NCBI RefSeq assembly: GCF_036365525.1
Contig: NW_027142006.1
Span: forward strand, 3,472,001 to 3,536,000
From: Heterodontus francisci
Lineage: Eukaryota
DNA: 64,000 nt
Reading direction: 5' to 3'
The notes beneath the pieces were generated by a model. It was not told where the DNA came from, did not search any database, and worked only from the letters and a program-made list of their open reading frames with translations. A program made the translations under genes and the position numbers. Below, piece by piece: positions 42,401 through 55,621 of this stretch. How positions within the stretch are numbered: position 1 is the first letter of the stretch; every line of letters begins with the position of its first letter.

Positions 42401-45246
42401 AAAGGTTGGAGAACCGTGAAACCCCTCCTGAGTCTCCAGTTCACAGGTGGGACGCGATCAAGGAGAACATCAAGAGTTTCTTTCTCCTCAAAAGGTGTTC
42501 AGAGGGCGAGAGAGAGACAGAGGGAAATGTCCTGACTCCAGAAAAGTATGCAAAATCTGCTCCGGCTACAGTCGATGGGGGTTGAGGTCAAGGAGGACCT
42601 CCAAGAGGTGTAGAGAAAGCAGGCCTCGCTCTTTGCCACGGAGACCTCCAATATCATCTTCCGGTCCAGAGTCCACCCCATTGAGCAGGATGAGATGTGC
42701 TTGCATTACTTCTTCCAAAAGGTACACAGAGAGAGCTCTGTTATCAGCAGCCAGAAGGAAGAAGATGGCTCGGTAACATCTTCGCAGTCCGACATACTAA
42801 GGATCAGCCAATCCTTTTATGCTGGGCTGTATGACGCGAAGCCCACAGACAGAAGAGCCTCCCAGTCCTTCCTGTCATCTATCACAGAGGTCTTAGATGA
42901 CAGCAGGAGGGAGAGACTGGACAAGCCGCTAACTCGGGATGAGCTAACAAAGGCCGTCAAGTCCTTCGAGACGAATAAAACTCCCGGAAGCGATGGCTTA
43001 CCGGTTGAGCTGTATTGTGTCCTGTGGGACTGGGTTTGCCTGGACCAGCTGGAAGTATACGAGAGTATGCTCCTGGCCGGCAGCATATCAGAATCCATGA
43101 GGAAAGGCATCATCACCCTCATTGACAAGCAGAACGGGGAGAGGGCAGAAATTGGAAATTGGCAGCCCATCTCACTGCTTAATGTTGACGACAAGATTCT
43201 GTCCAAAGTCATAGCCAGTCGAGTCAAGTCTGCTCTGGAGTTGGTGATCCACCCTGATCAAACCTGTACTGCACCTGGCAGGAAGATCTCAATAGTCTCG
43301 CACTACTCAGGGATACAATCGCCTATGTACGGGACAGGAGGGTGGACACCTGCCTCATCAGCCTGGACCAGGAGAAGGTTTTTGACAGAATATCACACAC
43401 ATACAGGATGGACGTGTTTCCAAAATGGCGTTTGCGGAGGGAATCTGCAATTGGATCAAACTGCCCTACACAAACATCAGTGGCGCAGTCTCAATCAATG
43501 GGTGGGAATCGGAAAGTTTCCCGATCCAATCTGGAGTCAGACAGGGCTATCCTCTCTCCCCTGTCTTGTTTGTTTGCTGTATTGAACCATTTGCTGAGTC
43601 TATTAGGAAGAATATGAGCAGAAGAGGGGTGACAATTCCAGGCAGAGGAGGCACTCAGGTTAAAACCTCCCTCTACATGGATGACGTCGCGGTCTTCTGC
43701 TCGGACCCGCTGTCTGTGTGCAGACTGATGAGCATCTGCGACCAGTTGAAACTGACCTCGGGAGCCAAAGTTAACCACGGCAAGAGAGAGGCCATGTTCT
43801 TTGGGAACAGGGCTTACCGATCCTTTGTCCCCTTCACCGTCAGCTCAGACTACCTGAAGGTGCTGGGAATATGGTTCAGAAGGGCCGGGGTGTGCACCAA
43901 AATCTGGGAAGAGCGAGCAGCCAAGGTACAACACAAGCTGAGCATGTGGGAGAAGCGATCTCTCTCCAATGTGGGTAAGAACCTGGTCATCAGGTGCAAG
44001 GCGCTCACGTTGTTGCTGTTCATGTCGCAGGTCTGGCCCATACCCCACTCCGGCGCTGTGGCGGTCACCCGAGCCATTTTCCGCTTCATCTGGGGATCCA
44101 AAATGGACCGGGTCCGGAGGGACACGATGCTCAAACCTCTGGATAAGGGTGGGAAAAATGTACCCAACATCACCCTCATCCTGATGACTACCTTCGTGTG
44201 TGGCTGCATCAAGCTGTGTGTAGACGCAAACTCCAAGTGTCACCACGTGCTGAGGTTCTATCTGTCCCCGGTGTTGCGAAGCCTTGTAACATTGCCGCGG
44301 AATGCTCCATCCAGTTGGACTGTGTCGTTCCACCTATCCTTCGTCGAGTGGTTTCTGCGGAAAAACACTTTTGACCACCGGTCCATCAACCGGTGGTCTG
44401 CACAGAATGTCCTCAAGGCCCTACAGGAAAAGGAGATGGTGGATCCTCTTCCCCAAGCAGACCACCGAAGTCATTTCGCGGAATGCCTCATCACCAGAAC
44501 CTTCAAACAAGCACCAAGATGAAGCTTGGCTGGTGGTGAGAAGAGCCCTCCCAGTCAGATCCTTCCTGCACACCCGAAGTCTCACCCCCTCTGCACAACA
44601 CCCTCGAGGTGACTGAGGTGGGGAAGAGACAGTTGCCCACCTCCTTCAGGAATTTGTCTTTGCAAAGCAGGTGTGGAAAGAGATGCAGTGGTTTTTGTCG
44701 AACTTCATTTCAAGCAGCTCTGTAACACAGGAGTCTGTGCTCTACGGGCTGTTCCCAGGGACGCACACTGAGATAAACATCAACTGCTGCTGGAGGACTA
44801 TCAATTCGGTGAAAGACACCCGTTGTTCTGCCCGAAACCTGCTGGTCTTCCAGCACAAAGAGTTGTCCACGACCGAATGTTGCAGACTGGCACATTCCAA
44901 GGTCCAGGACTATGTGCTGAGGGACGCACTAAAGCTTGGGGCAGCAGCAGCAAATGTTCAATGGGAAAAGACCACTGTGTAAGGTCCCCCCACCAAGTTG
45001 AACGGATGGGCTGGGTCGATGGAAAACCCCTCGAAATGTATCAGGAAAATTTTCGTTTGCTGTAAAATGTATATGGCATGGAAAATGAAATGGAAGGGTT
45101 GTGAGGCAGTTCACTCCTGCAATGAAGGAAACTGACCTCCTTTGCACTGTTTGTAATTTTCGACTTGGTGCTGTTTAGAACTGTTTAGTCATGTACTTTT
45201 TACAGATTTTTATGAATAATGCATATTTTGGAAATAATAAAAAAAA
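39411..45246 (+). mobile_element. Near full-length Tx1-clade retrotransposon (ORF1 with 3 CCHC knuckles; ORF2 APE + RT), frameshifted
   Basis: ORF1 CSTCGKSGHVAANC, CKNCKKEGHQTKDC, CNLCGAAGHLYKTC. ORF2 from 40601 MGIRIASINVRS, FLQE, GGDFN, PGSDGLP, DQEKVFD, GVRQGYPLSP, YMDD. 3' UTR with A-tail. Confidence 0.93.
40959..41983 (-). mobile_element. CR1 3' fragment nested in the Tx1 endonuclease
   Basis: GVPQGSVLGPLLF...KFADDTK, RPHLEYCV, LERVQRRFTRM, with a (ttctaa)n tail at the 40959 end. Confidence 0.92.
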
Positions 45247-45420
45247 GTCCAGTAACAAGTTAAAAACCTGTTTCCATATTCCACTTTTACTGTCACAAAT
45301 TCCGGGCGCTATTTCACAAGCAGATTTAATTTGTCAATTGTTGTCAACTGTTCGAACTGGCGGTAAACAACTCTGTTCAGCAATCTATAATGGGACAAGT
45401 AACTCAAACTCCGTGTGGAA

Positions 45421-45933
45421 CAAAGAACGAAGAACAAAGAAAATTACAGAACAGGAACAGGCCCTTCGGCCCTCCAAGCCTGCGCCGATCCAGATCCTCT
45501 TTCTTAACATGTCGCCTATTTTCTAAGGGTCTGTATCTCTTTGCTTCCTGCCCATTCATGTATCTGTCTAGATACATCTTAAAAGACGCTATCGTGCCCG
45601 CGTCTACCACCTCCGCTGGCAACGCGTTCCAGGCACCCACCACCCTCTGCGTAAAGAACTTTGCACGCATATCCCCCCTAAACCTTTCCCCTCTCACTTT
45701 GAACTCGTGACCCCGAGTAATTGAATCCCCCACTCTGGGAAAAAGCTTCTTGCTATCCACCCTGTCTATACCTGTCACGATTTTGTACACCTCAATCAGG
45801 TCCCCCCTCAACCTCCGTCTTTCGAATGAAAATAATCCTAATCTACTCAACCTCTCTTCATAGCTAGCGCCCTCCATGCCAGGCAACAGCCTGGTGAACC
45901 TCCTCTGCACCCTCTCCAAAGCACCTACATCCT
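45421..45933 (-). mobile_element. Young CR1 3' fragment inserted in the H2A downstream spacer
   Basis: Nearly identical to 18710-19212. TSD tggaa. The empty site is seen at ~54310-54330. Confidence 0.92.
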
Positions 45934-46100
45934 TTGGAAGTAATAAATTATGGACAATTGGTAATTCCCCTTCACACAGGCTTCAGGGAGACAGTGAGAA
46001 GTCACTGAAATAGTTGCTTAAACATTTTAAATAGTTGCCATTCCTGTTACAAATGTTTTGGAATTAGACAGTAATCAGCCCTTTCACAGAGACTGTGGGT

Positions 46101-46116
46101 GGCTCTGAAAAGAGCC
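46101..46116 (-). terminator. Histone 3' stem-loop
   Basis: Reverse complement ggctcttttcagagcc. Confidence 0.95.
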
Positions 46117-46146
46117 TTTGGCTTATTAGATGACATTTTGGCCGCT

Positions 46147-46519
46147 TTACGTTTTCTGGGAGCTCTGAGCGCTGGTTTTTTTGGGCAGCAGCACGGCCTG
46201 GATATTAGCCAGCACTCCGCCCTGTGCAATGGTCACCCCTCCCAGCAGCTTGTTGAGCTCCGCGTTGTCGCGGACGGCCAGTTGCAGGTGTCGGGGGATG
46301 ATGCGGTTCTTCTTGTTGTCCCGGGCCGCGTTACCGGCCAGCTCGAGGATTTCAGTGGCTAGATACTCGAGCACAGCAGCCACCACCCACAGGCTCAGCA
46401 TCGTTGCCCTTTCTCAGAAGCCTGTGTACACGGCCCACTGGGAACTCCAGTCCAGCCCGGGAGGAGTGATACTTGGCCTTGGACTGAGCTTTCCCGCTGG
46501 TCTTTCCTCTTCCTGACTT
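46147..46519 (-). pseudogene. H2A: Histone H2A pseudogene; ATG destroyed by Tx1 insertion, internal frameshifting deletion
   Basis: Minus strand: A-tail then gtcaggaagaggaaagacc..., a net 17-bp deletion in the GAGAPVY region, and C-terminal half [24 protein letters not shown]...LLPKKT. Confidence 0.92.
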
Positions 46520-49150
46520 TTTTTATTTCCAAAATATACTTTATTCATAAAAATCTGTAAGAAAAAACAATACAGAACAGTTCCAAACATCATCGAGTCA
46601 GACAATACAAAGAGTGCAAAGGAGATCAGTTTCCTTCAATACAGGAGTGAATTGCCTCACAACCCTTCCATTTCATTTTACGTACCATGTACATTTTACA
46701 GCAAACAAATATTTTCCCGATAAAGTTCGAGGGGTTTTCTATGGATCCAGCCCCTCAGTTCAGCTTGGTGGGGGGACCTTACACAGTGGTGTTTCCCCAT
46801 TGAGCCTTTGCTGCGGCTGCCCCAAGCTTTAGTACGTCCCTCAGCACGTAGTCTTGGACCTTGGAATGTGCCAGTCTGCAACATTCGGTCGTGGACAACT
46901 CTTTGTGCTGGAAGACCAGCATGTTTCGGGGGGCAGACCAAATTGATAGTCCTCCAGCAGCAGTTGATGTTTATCTCTGTGTATGTCCCTGGGAACAGCC
47001 AATACAGCACAGACTCCTGTGTTACAGAGCTGCTTGGGATGAACCTCGACAAAAACCACTGCATCTCCTTTCACACCTGCTTTGCAAAGGCACATTCCAG
47101 AAGGACGTGGGCAACCATCTCTTCCCCACCGCAGCCACCTCAAGGGCATTGTGCGAAGGGTGTGAGACTTCGGGCGTGCAGGAAGGATCTGACGGGGAGG
47201 GCTCTTCTCACCACCAGCCAAGCTACACCTTGGTGCTTGTTTGAAAGTTCTGGTGATGAGGCATTCTGTCTAATGACTTTGGCAGTCTGCTTGGGGAACC
47301 ATCCAACAGGATCCACCATCTCCTTTTCCCGTAGGGCCTTGTGGACATTCCATGCAGACCACTGCCTGATGGGTTGGTGGTCAAAGGTGTTTTTCTGCAG
47401 AAATTTTCCCACGAAGGATAGGTGGTACGGCACGGCCCAATTGGATGGATTCCAATCCTTCTCAACATCGGGTACAGATAGAACCTCAGCACATAGTGAC
47501 ACTTAGTGTTTGCGTACTGGGGATCTACACACAGCTCGATGCAGCCGCACACGATGGTAGTCATCAGGATGAGGGCAATGTTGGGTACATTTTTCCCGCC
47601 CTTATCCAGAGGTTTGAACATCGTGTCCCTCCGGACCCGGTCCATTTTGCATCCCCAGATGAAGTGGAAAATGACTTGGGTGACCACCAGAGCGCAGGAG
47701 TGGGGTATGGGCTAGACCTGCGCCACATACAGCAACAACGTGAGCACCTCGCATCTGATGACCAGGTTCTTACCCATATTGGAGAGAGATCGCTGCTCCC
47801 ACATGCTCAGCTTATGTTGTACCCTGGCTACTCACTCCTCCCAGGTTTTGGTGCACGCCCCGGCCCTACCGAACCATATCCCCAGCATCTTCAGGTACTG
47901 TGACCTAATGGTGAAGGGGACAAAGAATTGGTCAGCCCAGTTCCCAAAGAACATGGCCTCGCTCTTGCCCTGGTTAACTCTGGCCCCTGAGGCCAGTTCG
48001 AACTGGTTGCAGATGCACACAGACAGCGGGTCCAAGCAGAAGACGACGACGTCATCCATGTACAGGGAGGTTTTAACCTGAGTGGCTCTGCTGTCTGGGA
48101 TTGTCACCCCTCTTATGTTCACATCCTTCCTAATATACTCAGCAAAGGGTTCAAACAGCAAACAAACAAGACCGGGGAGAGAGGACAGCCCTGTCTGACT
48201 CCAGATTGGATCAGAAAACTTTCTGATTCCCACCCATTGATTGAGACAGCGCTACTGATATTTGTGAAGTGCAGTTTGATCCAATTGCAGATTCCCACCC
48301 CAAACCCCATTTTGGAAAGCACATCCATCATGAAGGTGTGCGATATCCTGTCACAAGCCTTCTCCTGGTCCAGACTGATGAGGCAGGTGTACACCCTCCT
48401 GTCCCGTACATAGGCGATCGTATCCCTGAGTTACGTGAGACTATCAGAGATCCTCCTGCCGGGTACAGTACAGGTCTGATCAGGGTGAATCACCAACTCC
48501 AGAGCAGAATTGACTCGACTGGCTATGACTTTGGACAGCATCTTGTAGTCAGAATTAAGTAGTGAGATGGGCTGCCAATTTCTGATTCCTGCCCTCTCCC
48601 CCTTCCGCTTGGAGATGAGGGTGATGATGCCTTTCCTCATGGATTCTGACATGCTGCCGGCCAGGAGCATACTCTCGTATCCTTCCAGCAGGTCTGGGCT
48701 GATCCAGTCCCACAGGGCCGAATACAACTCAACCAGTAAGGCATCGCTTCTGGGAGTTTTACTCGTCTCAAAGGACTTGACGGCCTTTGTCAGCTTGTCC
48801 AGAGTTAGCGGCATGTCCAGTCTCTCCCTCATGCTATCATCTAAGACAGCTGTGATAGATCACAGGAAGCTCTGCTGTCTGTGCGCTTCGCGTCAGACAG
48901 CCCAGCATAAAAGGATTTGCTAATTCTTAGTATGTCGGACTGCAAAGACGTTACCGAGCCATCCTCTTCCTTCAGGCTTCTGATGAAGCTGTGTGAAGCT
49001 TTTGGAAGAGGTAGTGCAAACACATCTCATCCTGTTCGATGGAGTGGACTCTGGACCGGAAGATGATTTTGGAGGCCTCTGTGGCAAAGAGTGAGGCCTC
49101 CTGAATCTTCACCTCATGGAGGTCCTCCTTGACCTCGACCTCTATCGTCT
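46518..49150 (-). mobile_element. Tx1 5'-truncated copy (RT to 3' end) abutting the H2A start
   Basis: Minus-strand LDQEKACD, GVRQGCPLSP, YMDDVV and the C-terminal region, then a 3' UTR with aataaa and an A-tail. Confidence 0.93.
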
Positions 49151-49183
49151 GAAACACATGCTAAATGCCAGATGCTGAAAGGT

Positions 49184-49520
49184 TTTTTTTTTAGATTAGA
49201 GATACAGCACTGAAACAGGCCCTTCGGCCCACCGAGTCTGTGCCAAACATCAACCACCCATTTATACTAATCCAATATTCCTGCCAAACATCCCCACCTT
49301 TCCCTATATTTCCCTACCACCTACCTACACTAGTGACAATTTATAACGGCCAATTTAACTACCAACCTGCAAGTCTTTTGGCTTGTGGGAGGAAACCAGA
49401 GCACCCGGAGAAAACCCACGCAGACACAGGGAGAACTTGCAAACTCCACACAGGCAGTACCCGGAATCGAACGCGGGTCCCTGGAGCTGTGAGGCTGCGG
49501 TGCTAACAACTGCGCCACTG
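49184..49520 (-). mobile_element. V-domain tRNA-SINE
   Basis: Same family as 761-1118. Confidence 0.88.
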
Positions 49521-49664
49521 GATAGGTTGATTACTGCACTCACAGTATCTCAGCCTAAGTCATCTAAAGGAACCTAACACACAAATAGTAGCACTGAGAG
49601 ATTGTGAAAGAGTCCAAAACTCAGAGTACCAGACACTGACAGACACAATCTGAAAACTACACAC

Positions 49665-50317
49665 ACATGGATATAGAATTGGCTAACTCACAGGAAACAG
49701 AGAGTGGGGATAAATGGGGCATTTTCAGATTGGCAAACTGTAACTAATGGAGTGTCACAGGGATCAGTGCTGGTGCCTCAACTATTTATGGCCTATATTA
49801 ATAATTGCATGAAGGCACTGAGTGTTTTGTTGCCAAATTTATGGACGGTACAAAGATAGGTAGGAAAGCAAGTTGTGAGGAGGCCACAAAGTATCTGCAA
49901 AGAGATATAGATGGGTTAAGTCAGTGGGCAAAAATTTGGCAGATGGGGTATAATACGGGAAAATGTGAGATTGTCTACTTTGGCAGGAAGAATAGAAAAG
50001 CAGAATATTACTTGCATCAGAGAGACTGCAGAATGCTGCTGTACCGAGGGATCTGGGTGTCCAGGTACATGAATTACAAAAACGTTAGCATGCAGCTAAG
50101 GCAAGTAATTAGGAAGGCAAATGGAATGTTGGCATTTTTAGCAAGGGGAATGGAGTATAAAAGTAGGGAAGTTTTGCTATAACTGTACAGGGCATTAGTG
50201 ACATCCCAACTAAAGGACTCCACACAGTTTTGGTCTCCTTATTTAAGGAGGGGTACACATGCATTTGAATCAGTTCAGAGAAGGTTCACGAGGCTGATTC
50301 CTGGGATGTTGGATTGT
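49665..50317 (+). mobile_element. Old CR1 RT fragment
   Basis: GVSQGSVL, AKFMDGTKIG, KCEIVYFG, GMEYKSREVLL. Confidence 0.85.
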
Positions 50318-50645
50318 CTTTAGTTTAGAGATACAGCACTAAAACAGGCCCTTCGGCCCACCGAGTCTGTGCCAACCATCAGCCACCCATTTATACTAAT
50401 CCTGCACTAATTCCACATTCCTACCACATGCCCACCTGTCCCTATATTTCCCTACCACCTACCTCTACTCGGGGCAATTTTTATAATGGCCAATTTACCT
50501 ATCAACCTGCAAGTCTTTGGCATGTGGGAGGAAACCCACGCAGACACAGGGAGAACTTGCAAACCCCACACAGGCAGTACCCAGAATTGAACCCGGGTCG
50601 CTGGAGCTGTGAGGCTGCAGTGCTAACCACTGCGCCACTGTGCTG
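50318..50645 (-). mobile_element. V-domain tRNA-SINE
   Basis: Same family as 761-1118. Confidence 0.88.
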
Positions 50646-50649
50646 CCCT

Positions 50650-51928
50650 GTTGTCGATGGCTGCCCTTGATGAGACAATGCTCGCTAGGGATGAGCAGTG
50701 ATCACATCGTCCAGTGGTTCGCCATGGATCTTGATATAGAGGGGCAGTGTCGGGGAGCAGGCTGGCAGAGGACCTTTGTCTTCCAGACATTTAGCTTAAG
50801 GCCAATTCTTTCATATGCCTCAATGAATGCATCGATCAGGGTTTGAAGCTTGGTCACTGGGTGTGCGCACCCGCAGGCGTTGTCAGCGTATTGCAGCTAG
50901 ATGACAGATGTTGGAATGGCCTTGCTTCTGGACTGGAGGCAAAGTCAGTTCAATAGTTTCCAACTCGTACTATCGAGTGGATCGACTGACACAACAGCTG
51001 GTGGGCTGAAAGAACGCTGGAACTACAAAAACTTGCTGAAAGCCACGACCATATGTGGCTTCTTCGGCACTGTCAAGATCATTCACGGCCCAAGTATCAA
51101 AATACCTACCCCACTGAGAGCAAAGAATGGAGTGACACTGATCAAGGACAGAGAGGCAGTCAGCACTCATTGGAAGGAGCACTTTGAATATCTCCTCAAT
51201 TGCGATGCCGTCTTTGATGTGAGTGCCCTTGACTACATTCCACAGCATGCTACCCACCATGACGTCAGCACAATCCCAGACTGACAGAGATTGACAGCTA
51301 AAAAAAAAATAAGGCCACCGGCATAGATGGAATTCCCACCAAAATTCGAAAATACAGCAGAGAAGCACTCTTGACACAAATACATCGTCTCACGTCTCTC
51401 ATGTGGAAGGAAGAGAGCATGTCAGGGATTTCCCAGATGCCGTAATTGTGACCATCTTCAAAAAAGGTGACAACCCCGACTGTAGTAACTACAGAGGGGC
51501 AGCCCTGCTGTCCGTCACAGGGAAGGTCATCACAAGAGTCCTTCTCAACCGCCTCCTCCCCATGGCTGAAGAGCTCCTACTGGAATCACAATGTGGATTC
51601 TGTCAATCAAGAGGCACAGTGAACATAATCTTCACAGCAAGACATTCCCAAGAAAAATGTAGGGAGCAGCAGCAACCTTTCTACATGGCCTTCTCTGACC
51701 TGACAAAGGCCTTCAACTCTCCAAACTGGGAGGGATTATGGAACATCTTCTTCAAATTTGGCTGCCCGGAGAAATTCGGCACCATCGTCTGCCGACTGCA
51801 TGACATGTAATCATTGGCAACGGACCTACCACTGACCTAATCCCAATGCAAACTGGGCTCAAGCAAGGCTGTGTCATCGCACCAACACTCTTTTCCATCT
51901 TCCTCCCTGCAACATTCCACCTCATCTC
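50650..51928. mobile_element. RTE-clade LINE remnant in two opposite orientations
   Basis: Plus 50985-51928: IFKKGD...CSNYRG, ESQCGF, DLTKAF, GLKQGCVIAPTLF. Minus 50650-50975: LQYADNA (YADD region) and downstream. Confidence 0.85.
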
Positions 51929-52269
51929 CTCACACTCAAACACAGTACCAGAGACTGACAGATACAGAATGGATGTCACACTCACAGTACCAGAGTCTGT
52001 AATATACAGAATGAATCCCTACTGCACCAGAGACTGAGAGCTACCGAATTACACAACACGCTCAAACACAGGATCAGAGAAAAAAGAAATGAAATTAATT
52101 GCATGCTCACATGCAATAGTAGAGACACAAGGACACAGAATCAGCCAATATGTGTCTTCCCAACAACAGCCAGGACATTTCCAGGGAGCTTTACATAAGA
52201 AGCGGCTCTTTCAACAGAAACTGGGCTTGGAGACAGTCTTTGGGAAATATACTTCCTGATTGCAGGAAG

Positions 52270-52440
52270 GGTGTTTGTGATTGGTTGCAAATGTTTAATC
52301 TGATTGGATGGCGAAAGAGACCAATTAGAGAATTACAATATGAAACCTTTGTGACATCACTGCCAGTCACCCAATCACAATCTTTATTTTCTCCCATCCC
52401 TCATTAGCATAGAGCTGTGGGATTGTCTATTTAATCCGCA
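52270..52440 (+). promoter_or_regulatory. H2B promoter
   Basis: CCAAT boxes on both strands, octamer-like attagcat (~52403) and TATA-like ctatttaa (~52427) in typical H2B order. Confidence 0.7.
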
Positions 52441-52487
52441 CTCGGAAGGGGTTTGGTTTATTTCTGTGTCTGAAATTGAGACTGAAG

Positions 52488-52865
52488 ATGGTTGAAGAGA
52501 AGAAGAAAGCAGCTCCTAAGAAGGGCGCCAAGAAAACCTTAAATAAACCGTCAGCAAAGGGCGGCAAGAAGCGGAGAAAGTCGAGGAAGGAGAGTTACTT
52601 CATCTACATCTACAAAGTGATGAAGCAGGTTCACCCCGACACCGGCATCTCCTCCAAGGCCATGAGCATCATGAACTCGTTTGTGAACGATATTTTCGAG
52701 CGCCTCGCGGGTGAGGCTTCCCGCCTGGCCCATTACAACAAGCGCAGCACCATCAGCTCCCGGGAGATCCAGACCGCCGTGCGCCTGCTGCTGCCCGGGG
52801 AGCTGGCCAAGCACGCCGTGTCGGAAGGGACAAAGGCGGTGACCAAGTACACCAGCTCCAAGTAA
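52488..52865 (+). CDS. H2B: Histone H2B (125 aa)
   Basis: [13 protein letters not shown]...[27 protein letters not shown]...[12 protein letters not shown], intronless, stem-loop downstream. Confidence 0.93.
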   Translation: MVEEKKKAAPKKGAKKTLNKPSAKGGKKRRKSRKESYFIYIYKVMKQVHPDTGISSKAMSIMNSFVNDIFERLAGEASRLAHYNKRSTISSREIQTAVRLLLPGELAKHAVSEGTKAVTKYTSSK

Positions 52866-52902
52866 AACTGCACAATGGACTGAAAAACATCCCAAACACA
52901 AC

Positions 52903-52918
52903 GGCTCTTTGAAGAGCC
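52903..52918 (+). terminator. Histone 3' stem-loop (variant loop ttga)
   Basis: ggctct-ttga-agagcc followed by accca and HDE-like aaaaagctg. Confidence 0.88.
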
Positions 52919-53669
52919 ACCCACAATCTCGCTGAAAAAGCTGCATCCGAACATCTCTATTAAATCACTTTAAGATAATGTATAATATAATAACGATCCC
53001 ACTACTGTGTTTGTGTCTTCTGTCCCATGAACCCATAATGCGCTCATTCGCCTTTCCTTTTTTGCTTAAAGCTGTTATTTTTTTTGCACAGCCCCTGAAT
53101 GAACGCTTGAACAGCTGCTTTCAGCGGGAAGAGTCAGACCTCCGTTCCTTCACTCTATTCCTGAAATGTGAACTGATTCATCATTTTATTAACAGTAACT
53201 CTCCGCAGTGTAACAGCCCGGAATGGGATCATTATAGAGCAGATTAAGGGCAGTTTGAGGATTCGATCCGGCTCCCTCTTTTCAGAGAAGGACACTGGGC
53301 TCTGATTGAAGATAAACTGAACGTTTCGCTTCAGGGAAATGCTGTGAACAGGGATTTAGTACCTCCCGGGACAGTTTGAAAGCGATTGTGGGAAGATCTA
53401 CAATTTAAACAACATTTAAAACCCGCGTCTCTGATTGGTGACGAAAGGAGTTGAATAAAAGAAAATAAAGAGAAGGGATTTTAAATCTTTGACGAAGGAT
53501 GACATTTATTTTAATCCGCTCCTTTCCGAAAATGAAATTGGCAGGCTTTTTGAAATTGACAAATTCTGTTTCTGAGGTTGTGGTGGGTAAATCCCGCCCT
53601 CTTCTGTTGTCAGTGACCTGATTGGTGATGAATATAGGCAAATAAGGTGAATTAAGTACCGACCAATGA

Positions 53670-54131
<462 letters not shown>

Positions 54132-54161
54132 AGCGGCCAAAATATCATCGAATAAACCAAA

Positions 54162-54177
54162 GGCTCTTTTCAGAGCC
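54162..54177 (+). terminator. Histone 3' stem-loop
   Basis: ggctcttttcagagcc with HDE-like aaagggctg downstream. Confidence 0.95.
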
Positions 54178-54551
54178 ACCGACAGTCTCTGTGAAAGGGC
54201 TGATTACTGTCTGATTCCAGAATGTCAGTAACAGGACCGAATCAGATTTATTTACAATGTTCAAGCAACTATTTCAGTGACTTCTCACTGTCCCCCGAAA
54301 CCCTGTCCAATTTATTACTTCCACACCGAATTTGAGTTATTTGTCCCGTTACATTTTGCCGGCAGTTACAGATGAGTAACCAAAAATATTACAGATTAAA
54401 GCTGTTCGTAAAATATGGACATAACCATCCAAAATCTTGTTTTTTATTCCGCTTTTATCAGCACAATTTCCTGGCGCTATTTTACGAACAGCTTTAAAAT
54501 GGTGCCAGGAATTTGCTGATAAAAGCGGAATATAAATGTTTTTTTAATGGC

Positions 54552-54559
<8 letters not shown>

Positions 54560-54591
<32 letters not shown>
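54560..54591. repeat. (TA)n microsatellite
   Basis: About 16 perfect TA units. Confidence 0.97.
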
Positions 54592-54595
<4 letters not shown>

Positions 54596-55250
54596 GATCA
54601 GCTTTGGATAGATTTTCCAGTAATCGCTTCTTTCCGATACTGAAATTGGCGGCGTTTTCGAATTCAAACTTTGTCAGGTCGACAATTTAAGCCAATGATT
54701 TGCTGCATTTTCCAATTCGAAGCTCTGCGATTGGTTAAGACATACGAATGGGAAGATGGTGACCAATCAGAAGTGGGCTCGGGCTCAAACTGCGGGAATT
54801 CCAGGTCCCTGAATGATTGAGCTGAAACTGATCAGTTTCACAAACCCTGTCAGTTTCAGTGCAGGAAACACCGTCTCGGGAGAAATAACATCACAAGTGG
54901 GTCTGGTTCCAGTGACCGATTCAACGGCTGCTGCAAAACTCCCGGATTCTCTCATTGCATCGAAATCATTTTGAAATTCTATGAAAACAATGAGTGATTC
55001 TGGAGGAGTGATGTGGCTTTTCACTGAGGGCATGTGTCGACTGGGGAAATAACTAACTGGAGAGTCTCGGGCACTGTTTACACAGCACGTTTACAAAATC
55101 AAATCCACTGCACATCCTTGCTACAACTGAAATATCAAACTCGGGGATTCCAGTTTTGTATCCCGAACACAGCAGATTGATTGAACTCTTCTGAACAGCC
55201 TATCCCAGCTCCCATTTCCAGGTCACTGCTTTCTCTGTGAGGTGGTGGGT

Positions 55251-55266
55251 GGCTCTGAGAAGAGCC
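55251..55266 (-). terminator. Histone 3' stem-loop
   Basis: Reverse complement ggctcttctcagagcc. Confidence 0.95.
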
Positions 55267-55300
55267 TTTGTTGTGCGTTTGCTGGAAAGGGTCAAGTTGT

Positions 55301-55621
<321 letters not shown>

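Noticed and set aside
52198-52222. Possible orphan histone stem-loop ggctctttcaacag
   Set aside because: The 3' arm agagcc is absent and there is no upstream histone sequence.
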